IMG/VR virus record: IMGVR_UViG_3300005077_000001
Location: 1-64,000 of that record
Direction: 5' to 3' (one strand)
DNA from: a virus
Taxonomy: Duplodnaviria > Caudoviricetes
DNA: 64,000 bases
The position numbers and the translations under genes are program-made. This document shows positions 18,678 to 28,764 of this stretch, piece by piece. The notes under the pieces were generated by a model that did no database searches, was not told the DNA's origin, and saw only the letters and a list, made by a program, of their open reading frames with translations. Each line of letters begins with the position of its first letter. Position 1 is the stretch's first letter.

Positions 18678-18863
18678 ATGTTAACGCTGTGGCTGTACTG
18701 TAACTCTGTACTGAGTAGATGTGGAACTTCCTACTTTGACCAATTGGCAGACCATTTTTTGGAAATCTCAGTTGAGGCACAGAGTAAGAGCACATCAAGG
18801 TCTTCTTCTCATTCAACTCCGAAGGAAACTTGGGAGATAGCTATGAAGAAAGAAACCGCTTAG
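18678..18863 (+). CDS. Hypothetical cassette peptide
   Basis: AGGAGG RBS after the promoter motif; ends in the GAAACCGC hairpin. Confidence 0.5.
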   Translation: MLTLWLYCNSVLSRCGTSYFDQLADHFLEISVEAQSKSTSRSSSHSTPKETWEIAMKKETA

Positions 18864-19126
18864 GCGGTTTTCTTTACCCACACATATTTATATATTTAAT
18901 AATTTATAGAATATCATTTATGTGTGTGCCCATAAGAACACCATACGACAGGACTTGCTGAATCATTCCCAAGACGCAAGCCGATAAGTGAACGGAGGAT
19001 AAGAAGATGTTTCTCCTCGTTGTCCTGAGCATGACATAAAAAGGCTCATTTCTTTCTTTATTTATTTCTTTATTTAAATGTACCACCCTTGGTACATTCC
19101 TTCCCCTTGATATATTTAATGTATTA

Positions 19127-19310
19127 TGGGTTATCTTTGACGGGCTGAGTGGGGGATAACGGCGACGTCTTTATTGCCTTGCCCTTCCTCGTTTGCCGGG
19201 CCGCTTAGATAACCCACGGAAAAAGGAGGCAAGCCAAAACTGGGTATAAGGCCACGAGTCTCCTGCGAGTTTATCCTGTTCTCGCTTTATGCTCTAATAA
19301 CAGGGACCCA
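19127..19310 (+). ncRNA. Candidate pseudoknotted ncRNA
   Basis: TGGGTTATCT/AGATAACCCA helix starts at the promoter motif; GCGAG/CTCGC loop CCTGTT is complementary to AACAGG 19299-19304. Confidence 0.6.
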
Positions 19311-19457
19311 AAGAAATCAATAAAAAAAAGTTTGAGTGGGATGAACAATGGAGAAATCGCTGAGCACATTAGCGGTTTTTTCATACACGCGTATAATAAT
19401 ATATTTAATGTTGTATAGAGATGTGTTAGCATCTTAATGAAGAAAGGAGGAAATCAC

Positions 19458-19739
19458 ATGTCTGATTTCTTCGTTCAAAAGATGTTTGCCTTGGCAGAGG
19501 CCGAGGCCAAGCGGCAGGGCAAGGAAGAGTTCGCAAAAGAACTCATGCAGGGGCTGATGCAGGGGTTGCAGATGATTGCCCCCATCATCGGTTCCATGAT
19601 TCAGGCCGACAGTCAGCCCAACACTTACGCCATCAAAGAGGAAATCCGGCGTGAGTTTCAGTCCGAGATGGACAAACGCGAAGACCGGCTGCATAAGAAG
19701 CTGGAAGAAATTGTCAAGGCAATCAAGCCCGGAATCTAG
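19458..19739 (+). CDS. Hypothetical coiled-coil protein, GC-rich codon usage
   Basis: AAGGAGG RBS; 93 aa. Confidence 0.75.
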   Translation: MSDFFVQKMFALAEAEAKRQGKEEFAKELMQGLMQGLQMIAPIIGSMIQADSQPNTYAIKEEIRREFQSEMDKREDRLHKKLEEIVKAIKPGI

Positions 19740-20081
19740 CCTCGACGCCCCGTGGTCTTCATTCAATTAGCCGCTTGTTCCCCTCCCAAGCGGTTTTCTT
19801 TTATACGTACATATATGGGAATTTATTTTTATATATTTAATGTTGTATAGGATTAGGGGTTATAAGGAAAAGGGAGGGCAGTCATGGTTGAAATCAAAGT
19901 GAATGGCGTGATTTATCGCATCGTAAGGCGATAGACTGCCAATGCATATCGGCACTAAGAGCCAAAAAATAGTTATTGAAACCGTGCTTTAGCGGTTTCT
20001 TTATTCACGTGTATGTATTTATATATTTAACGTATTATAGGGATGGATTTATTCATCTCAATCTTTGATGGAGGTTGGGCA

Positions 20082-20192
20082 ATGATCTGGAATATCTTAG
20101 GCACTCTTTTCAAAATAATTACCACAATGGTGTTGGGGGTGATAGTAGTCATTGCAGGAAACACCCTGTACGATAACATTAAAAACAAATAG
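20082..20192 (+). CDS. Small membrane peptide (36 aa)
   Basis: GGAGG RBS; MIWNILGTLFKIITTMVLGVIVVIAGNTLYDNIKNK. Confidence 0.6.
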   Translation: MIWNILGTLFKIITTMVLGVIVVIAGNTLYDNIKNK

Positions 20193-20443
20193 CCGCCTAG
20201 CGGCTTTTTTACTTTGCACGTTTATTTATATATTTATGGATTTATAGGAGTTAGAAGCTCCAAAAAGTGATGCTGCTAATATCCTGTGGGGTGTTAGCAG
20301 TTTTTTTGTTTATGTTTATATTTATGGGTTTATAGAAATGGTAAAGGCACTCACAAAAATAAGCGGTATTAATTAAATAATAATAATATATAAGGTATAA
20401 TAGGCTACAGTGGTAGTTTCTCATCTCTCTACGGAGGTGTACC

Positions 20444-20590
20444 ATGGATCGTCCTTGGTATATCAGTCTTCTCATCTCCCTCGGAGTAGCCCTCGGCGGA
20501 GGGTTGATCGGATACTTGGCCCACAGCCTGTTTCCTTGGCACAGGGGATGGAGCCGGAACAACAAAGGCTCCATCCATTCCCAGAAGTAG
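20444..20590 (+). CDS. Small membrane peptide (48 aa)
   Basis: GGAGGT RBS; MDRPWYISLLISLGVALGGGLIGYLAHSLF...; GC hairpin downstream. Confidence 0.65.
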   Translation: MDRPWYISLLISLGVALGGGLIGYLAHSLFPWHRGWSRNNKGSIHSQK

Positions 20591-20804
20591 TCTGTCGCCC
20601 AGGCCGAAAGGAAGCCCGCCCCGAAGGGCGGCTTTCTTAACCCCCTGGCCCTATACCCTTTCCAGAACGGTTTTTTATAGGAAAAGGAGCCTCCTGGTTG
20701 GTACACGCTCTCCAGCCCCTAAATAACGATAGGATAGTATTCACATATTTACACACATCTACATCTACATACCATAATTTATTTATTCTTCTCCATACAC
20801 GTAC

Positions 20805-20830
20805 ATAAAAAAACCTCCCGTAGGAGGTTG
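20805..20830 (-). terminator. Terminator at the convergence of the + and - blocks
   Basis: AACCTCC-CGTA-GGAGGTT with an upstream A-run (U-tail on the minus strand). Confidence 0.75.
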
Positions 20831-23670
20831 TTACTCAAAATTTGTCAGGGGTGTATTAAAAGGTTAACGATAGCATTAACTACGTAATATTTTACCTATA
20901 TTGATAACTGCATCTAAAATTTCCAATGCTCTTGTGTATTCATCCATATCTTCATGAATAACACTTTGTACAAATAAATGTTTAACCTTTTCTAAACCTA
21001 AAGCCATTTCATATGTTGCTTGGTATTCTAATAGAAAGTTATCTCTAAACTCTTGTGATGCATTTTTCATTTAGTTCTTTCTCCTTTTTACGCAACTCTG
21101 CTATTTGTTTTAAGTCTTTTCGTATTTTTATATTATCTATTCGCAGGTCTATTATTAATTGTATTAATCCAATAATACATACAATTAAAGCAGTAATCAT
21201 TAATATTTGTGTAGCGTAGCCTATATATTCTATAATCATTATACTTCTTCTCCTATTTCATATATTTTTGGAAATTCATCTGGATAATCTTTTATATGTT
21301 TTCCATCATGCATGTAACTATCCATTGGACGTTCTCCTTATAGACAATGTAATGGTATAACCCTCACCAATTATGAGGGCGGGGAAGGCGGCTTAACTAA
21401 ATTAAATATCTATATTTACTGGAAGGCGTGATTAATACTTCATCGTAGTCTAGTAATAGTGTATTTAGATGTTCCAAGTCTTCTAGTTGTTTTTGTTTTT
21501 GTTTAATTAGTTGGTATCTGTTATAAATGTTTTTTATTTTACGAACAGTATCTGGATGAAGCCATGTGTAAGCTACCCAATATGCAGAGTGATGTGCAAT
21601 ATAATCAATACCATGAATCCACGCATCATGAATTAATTTATTAAATTCTCGATTGTTTTTACATTTATATGACTCTGAACACCAACAATTAAAATAAGAG
21701 GGATCTCTATAAAGAGTCTCTCCGAACTCTTGTTCTAATTTTTGTATTGAATACTCGTAAGCGTCTTTGAGTCCTTCTTGGTCAGCATAATGGTTGGATT
21801 TGTTGCGTAATTCATAATATACCTTTGTGTCCATAATTAACCCCTCCTGTAAAAAAACCTTTTTAATATAGCAAAATCGTTAGTTAAAATTTTTTGGGGG
21901 TGGAGTGGTCAAAATTTGCTTAATTTTTATAAACTCTTCTTCTCTTTCTTTTTTTAATTGTTTTTCATCTTGGTAACCTTCTAGTAAAATATAAAATATG
22001 GAAAACCACATTACAGCTACAAATGAAATTATAATAATTTTAAAAATTAATATGATTACCGTCATCCCAACCACCCATCATCTGTTGGTGTAGGGTATGT
22101 ATGTTTACAGTAAGGGCATGTAATCATAGTAGGAATAGGTTCATCTTTTTCAAATACCCAATTATCCAGTTAAATTCTTTCCATTGGTTTTTTTCTTGTT
22201 CAAACTTTTCCATTTTTCAATGTCCTCTTTTGTGTATTCTATTATTCCTTTCTCACCTGAAAATTCTGCAATTGAGTGTTCAGTTCTATAAGGATACCAT
22301 TGGTAACTACCCCATATTCTTGCCTTATCTAAATCTGGATAATAATTTAAATAAATTATAGAATGGTCTTCGTTTACTAGTTCAAACCTTCTCATTTACT
22401 CCTCCACATATTTTTTTAATTGTTTTATTACTCTATCAATCCCGTTACTAACGCCCCAACTCCATTGGTCATCAATACCACTATCCCACGTTTGATTATA
22501 TTTTTCTTTCTTTGCCCATTCTTTTATTTTTTCAAATTCTTTTTTTGTCATGTTAATCCATCATGTATCGTTCGGTAGCTGAGGCTTCCCAAGGCACACA
22601 AGCCGGGACATAAAAACAACCATAATGCCATATACATATTACCAATAAAAGAAATCCACTAGCAATACCAATACTCCACACTTGCGATGCTATACTCAGG
22701 TATAGAAAGAAAAATAAGAAACCACATAATATAAACTTGAACAATTTCAAAATAATCCACCAGTCTTTATATTTGTAGGAAGAGAATCGCTCCCATAGTG
22801 GAACACTGCCCCCACTACGATAATCTGCTTTACACCAGGGTTTATAATAACGACATTTTTCACATACTTCTATGCTTGGTAGCATCCTTTTATTCCTTTT
22901 GATTTAATTTAGTTAATTATTTAAATACGGTGGTCTGGTTTTGTAATTGCACTACTATTTTTTTTAAACGATTTACTTCCGCTATTAATTCATTTATTTT
23001 TCTTATTGTTGTTAAATCTGTATTGGTGTACTCAGAGAGAGATTCTATTTCTTTCATCTAAGGAACTCACGCAGTTCGTTTTCTATTTCTAAATTATAAT
23101 TATAACTACGTGCTAAGTTTTTTAGTAGTTTTCCAATAGTTCTCACTGCCTCTTCTGCATCGTTTGAAAAAGAAGTCATTGTAATATTACCATTACGGTG
23201 AACTCCATATACCTTTGGATATTTTAAACAATACTTATAAATTTTACGCTTTACTGTATCTATTTGCTGTTGTTTACGTACTGGATTAGTTTCGTTAAAC
23301 TTGAAGTTCCATGATATTTTTCCTACAAATTCAGCCATTTGATTCTCCTTTCCTTATTTCGTCATTAGGGCCTAAATAAACATGCGGATCTCGTGCTCTT
23401 ACTTTCTTCACTGTTGTGGATTTACCACAATTACTGCAAGTATAAGTATAATAATTAGTTGAACCTGCTAATAAAGTTGACATACAACCAGATTCCCATT
23501 CATCACTACTACAATGCGGGCAGATTAAAATATTAGGGGGCGGGCCATTTAGCTTATCTATTACTTCATTTAATTTATCTATTACTTCATTTGTCTTTAC
23601 TACTACATAACCTATTTCTACAGCCCCTGATAAGTGTTTCATATTAGCTAGTCTTTCTATTGTATTATTT

Positions 23671-24516
23671 TTACTCATCGCCGTCATCCTTTTCTCTCTT
23701 TCCAGTTCCAAGCCTAAAATGTTCTTTATGAGTAATCCCGATCCAACGGTTGTCTTCTATAAGGTCATCCCCTTCATAATAATCATTAAAATCAATCCAC
23801 CACCATTCATCTAGCCCAATTGCTGCTTCAAGGCTACAATCATCTGGTAATTCCAAATAACCAAATCTATCGTCACGTTTAATAACACCTTTTTCACATT
23901 CTCTCAAATCTAAAAATTGTATTTTCCAAGAAGTATCATCGCCCCACACACAACCAGCAACAAACCCAAACCCTATACTACTATCAGTAGCGGGGTTGAT
24001 TGGGACGTATAATTCTACTGGACAGAATCCAAACCCATTAGGTTCTTCTCCACCAATATCTTCACATTCAGGGAGTTTCATTATACGAGTACATGTATAT
24101 TCTCTTGAATAAAGCGCATACCAATTATCCTTCCATTGGAACGGACAGAAAGTTTTCATGAAGGAAGAATAGTTTCTGTAATAAGTACCAATAAGTTCTC
24201 CTTCACGAAAAATACCTATAATAAGAGTGTCCCAATAAGAGCGACCTAAATTAACTTCTTTAATAACTTTTGCTGTGTATTCCGTTTTTGTGTCAACTGG
24301 TTCTATATTAAATAACGAAGAATCAATATCTTTTAAGACAGCTTTAACTCCTTCTGAAGATGGAAATAGTCGCCCAAGCTCAACCTTATGGTCACTTATT
24401 TTAATTAGTTTATCGGCAAGCAGTGCTGCCTGATCTTGATTATTAGAGTCATACTTTATTTCTTTATCAAAAATAAGGTCTATAATAATTTGTTTTTGTT
24501 CGGTTGGTAAAGTCAT
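23671..24516 (-). CDS. Hypothetical protein (281 aa)
   Basis: Long ORF coupled to neighbours; conserved-looking FCPVELYVP and GFVAGCVWGDD. Confidence 0.75.
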   Translation of the reverse strand: MTLPTEQKQIIIDLIFDKEIKYDSNNQDQAALLADKLIKISDHKVELGRLFPSSEGVKAVLKDIDSSLFNIEPVDTKTEYTAKVIKEVNLGRSYWDTLIIGIFREGELIGTYYRNYSSFMKTFCPFQWKDNWYALYSREYTCTRIMKLPECEDIGGEEPNGFGFCPVELYVPINPATDSSIGFGFVAGCVWGDDTSWKIQFLDLRECEKGVIKRDDRFGYLELPDDCSLEAAIGLDEWWWIDFNDYYEGDDLIEDNRWIGITHKEHFRLGTGKREKDDGDE

Positions 24517-27460
24517 GCTGGCCCTCCTATTTTTTTAACTGTGAATAGCTGCCTCAATACTGAGGGTTCTTTAAATTGTCTTAGAATTGGAGTGGCCAAT
24601 GCCCTAATCAAAACCAGTGTTGGTCCTTCAGTCCATAAAGATTCCCATTGGTACACGTCTTCGCATTGTTCAAGTAATCTTGACATTTTTTTACTCTTTG
24701 CTTGCGGGTTGAACGACCCACCCAAACTTTTTAACCCGTTCTTCTGCATGCGCTAAGTACAATTCATAAACACGTTCTATTTTTTTTCTGTCTATAATAT
24801 TTTCTCCATAAGTAATCCCTTCAGGATCATCCCTATAATCCCATACCCCACTAATATAAGGTTCTGTAATTTCTTCATCGTCTGAAATAGTAACTTCTAG
24901 AGCCAGTCCTAGTGGATGAAAAAATTGTCTATTAACTTCTTGTAATATACCTAAAGACATGAGTTCTCTTATAGGTAGATATTTAATTTCAGGTTGTTCG
25001 TTCGCAACGGTTGTAAGATCCATTTTATTTATCCTTTTTTGGAACGTAATCCTTTAGTAATTCTTTAAGTTTATAAACTCGATTAGTTTGTATTAATATT
25101 TCTTCAAGTGCGTTTTGCATTGCTACATCTATTTTACCTAATAAAAGTTTTTCAGATACTGCATTAATGCTCAAAGAGCCTCCTAAAAGTTCTCTATAGT
25201 GTAATCCCCATTCTGTTCTAGTCATTTGTTTTTTTCCTCTACCATTCGTTTAATTGTTTCTGTTGCTTCTTCTTTTGTTTTTGCCCAGCAGTAAATACGA
25301 GTATACCCAGCACCTTCTTCTATATGGTCTTGCTTTGGAATCCCATAATGTTCTTTTTCTTCAAATACTTTTTCAGTCATATCTTTTTTATTCCACCAAT
25401 TAGCAAAAGAAGAATAGCACTTTAAACTATGGCTATTTAAATAAGGTGCATAATAATCAACTTCATGTTCTTTTATTTCTATATCTGAACATGGAAAATA
25501 AGAATCTCTAGCTTGTTCTGCTACCTCTTGTGTACTAAATACTGCAATTACTGTATCTGAGTCAAAATGTCCAGTTTGTAATGTATATACTTTCATCTTC
25601 TCCACCCCATTGCTTTTGCATAGTCATTTACAAAACTATGACTACCTTTATTAAAATCACCACTATTACTTTTACCTTTCTTACCTCCACTAAAATAAAT
25701 TTCAAATATGATTTTATCTTCATGCTCTTCTTTATTGCATTGTGTGATTATAGGTAATTTTATTTCTGGTTTATATAATAGTTTGTTTTTACTATTCAAA
25801 TAATAGCATGCATAAGAAACTACTGTGGATATAATTAATAAATAAATAAAGAAAGATATCATTTTATTTTCTTTCTTTGTACAAATAAGACCAAATGGTT
25901 CCTGTACATAACCAAGCAATAGATTGCATTTCATCTGGAGTTAGTAGTATTACAGTAGGTTCTTCTTCATCTTTTTCTAGTCGTAAGTACACAGTGTCTT
26001 CCTTTGGTTTATCGTTGCCATATACAAACCCAGCTGAAAATTTACAATTATTACCTGCATACTCTTGTTTTATCAATTCTTCATACTCAAGATTTTCTAA
26101 GTCCATTTAGAAACCTCTCATTTTCTTCCTCTTGTTCCATCTCCCATACGTAAAGAATACATGCTGGGCAGTACACTTCTCCTTCAGAGGTCCACCGTAG
26201 TTCTTCAGAAGAAACATAATCATTACAAAAACTACACACGTGCTCTATATTTAACATTCGTTTGTCCTTATGGGCACTGCCACAACACAATTTCCTATTT
26301 GAGGTATTTTAATTTGTATATCTTTAGTATGTGTATCATCTAAAATATTACCATCGCAAGGAGATAAATCTCTTACTTCCCCATATTTGACCTTATCCCC
26401 CTCTAAAGCATCAAGCATCTCTTGGCAAACATCTTCATCTTCAACACGAGCATAAAGATACTCTTCCGGTGGGCGGCAGTCCCGTAAAAACCTGGCAACA
26501 CTAATCAAGTCTTCACAGATACTCTCAATTCTATCTAGGGATTTAATTACATTATTATCTAAGTCTGATTCATCGTAAGTAAGCTTTAAATTCTGAAGAT
26601 AGTATAAAAAACCTCTGCATAATTCTCTCCACCCATTAACATCAAATTCTACTTTTTTTGTGTACTTACGTGAATAGATTTCTATTCCTTCTTGTAGATA
26701 AGTTCCCATTTAATCCTCCGGTTTTGTCATATATGCCCAATATGTAACTCTGGGCCAAGCAAAACACCAAATACCGTCCCGCTTTTTCCATCTAGATATT
26801 TTATAAGAATCAAAAGCATCTTTTCCATTATCTAAATAAATTAAGTGTAGTGCTTCCTCTTCAGGAGGTTCTTGTTCAGATATCTTTTTCCAAGGAATCC
26901 CACTTTCCTCATCTACAACTTCTAATGGCATCCTACAATCTGGACAAACAAATGTTCCTATGGTAATATGGTCGTACATTGGTTCTACTAATATGTTACA
27001 GTAAGTGCATTGTTCTGGTTTCATTTCAATATCAACGCCCCCAACGCCATTATAATTAAAGTTTCTGTTGTGATTATCATATTATATTCAGCATAAAATC
27101 CCATTAAAAGCCATGTCCACGCCCCCAACCCCATAAGAAACATTAAAAGACCAATCGTAGGTGTTATCATTTTTGCAAAGCTGAATAAAGAATCCATTCA
27201 TCTACCCCTTTTCTTTCTTCCTATATAATAAGTACCCATTAGTTTTTACACTGCCATATATTATTCTCACTCTTTTTATTTTTCTTCTAATACAGTGGTA
27301 TGCTATATTAATAACTTCCTCTAAGGAATCGCCCTTAAAATCGACAGTAAAAGATTTATCACTGAGGCTATAGAGTAAACAATGGCTACCATTGACACAA
27401 GTAAAGTCATCTGCCACTCCTTTTTTTAATATATAGTTTAGTTTATCAAGTGTCGTCATT

Positions 27461-27817
27461 TTATAAAAGCTTTCCTCCAATTCCCGTATTAATAGGAATC
27501 CCAGCATCTGATTTAGTCCAAGCTTCTTCTCCGATTGTTAGTTCTTCTTTTATTAATTCACGAACTCTTAATTCTTTTATTTCTCTCCATTTCTTTATAC
27601 CTTCATGACCAAAAATATAAGCCATTTCTTCTAGCATAAATTGGACATCGGCTATTTCTTCTGCTACTTTACCTTTATCCGCCCGCCCCCTACGATAATG
27701 ACTTAATGCAACAATGAGTTCTCCCATTTCTTCTATTACCATATCAATTTGAGAATTAACTCCCCACAAATCAACAGCTTGTTCATATATACGTTTATCT
27801 AACCAATCTTTTTCCAT
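27461..27817 (-). CDS. MazG-like NTP pyrophosphohydrolase
   Basis: IEEMGELIVAL...EEIADVQFML (EXXE...EXXD). Confidence 0.85.
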   Translation of the reverse strand: MEKDWLDKRIYEQAVDLWGVNSQIDMVIEEMGELIVALSHYRRGRADKGKVAEEIADVQFMLEEMAYIFGHEGIKKWREIKELRVRELIKEELTIGEEAWTKSDAGIPINTGIGGKLL

Positions 27818-28764
27818 TCTTAAAACTCCTTTATCTTTTCTATAATGTAATCAATATAATCTACTATAGTTCCTTTTATTGCATAAAACCCCACACAATA
27901 ATTATTAAATAACCCTATAGTTATATTCACATACTGTATTACATCATACCCTTCCTCTTCTAATTTTTCATATAGGTCTATAGGGATTGTTATGTATTTG
28001 TTATGATACACGAAATCTGCAAAAGAACTAGTGATATCGTGGTCAAACCAAACTACCAGATATCCAGTATCATATTTGTATTTATTATGACCAATACAAG
28101 AGTGCATAGTAACACAGCCAGGTATGGAATTAATTCTATTTAAATAGGGAATTATTTCTTGGTCAATATCATTTGCTTGAATATATCTATTTAAGGAATC
28201 AATTACGTTTTCTTTAATGTAATCATTTAAAGGGTATGTTATTTTATAAAGCTCCATCACAGTGCTTCTTATACCATTGAACTTGTTCATTAGTATCCCA
28301 TACTTGTCGTTCTCTTACTCTTGTCATAAATAAATCCTCTTCAGGATTATAGAAAGCTTGCCTACTACAATAAGAACAAACAAATTCTAAGTAAGGACCT
28401 AATCTCCATGGAGTTCGTATGAGTAATCTTTGGATATACCTAGTTTTCCAAGAAGGGCCACAGTTGCATTCAGCCTCAATTCCTCCAGCTACAAATTCCC
28501 ACATGTAGATACCTTTTTCCTTTTTATTTTAATTGTGAGACATATACTCTACTGTTATTGATACCCCATCTAATGTACAAGGTAAGTCTTCACAGAATTC
28601 ATCTATATCTATGTATTTTTCACAAATCATTACGCTCAAACAATCTTTCTTTTTTGCTATGCCAGTTACTGCTTCATACTTGTTTTGTTTAATTAGCAGT
28701 TTTCTTAATTTCTCTTTTGTTTTCAATATGATATAAGTACCTTTAAAAAAATTCGGAAAATGCC

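Larger units (their letters stand above)
12450..20310 (+). repeat. Array of hairpin/promoter cassettes with a repeated GCGGYTT hairpin and TATATTTAATG-TANNAT-AG motif
   Basis: GCGGYTT (or CGGTTTT) at about 12799, 13131, 13826, 14846, 15239, 15318, 15773, 16342, 16875, 17571, 18864, 19372, 19790, 19992, 20200; promoter-like motif e.g. 19831-19850 and 20021-20040. Confidence 0.8.
20876..28726 (-). other. Dense run of small co-oriented hypothetical phage genes
   Basis: More than 25 abutting or overlapping minus-strand ORFs, many with AGGA/GGAG-type RBS and Cys-pair motifs. Confidence 0.75.

Noticed and set aside
12780-20210. CRISPR array or integron attC array
   Set aside because: Repeats are short and degenerate, with spacing from about 80 to over 1000 bp; no constant repeat-spacer period, no GTTRRRY/RYYYAAC boxes, no cas or integrase gene seen
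20251-20706. 151-aa minus-strand ORF and 20410..20640 ORF
   Set aside because: Better explained by the + strand 48-aa ORF with a strong RBS and terminator; these frames lack an RBS
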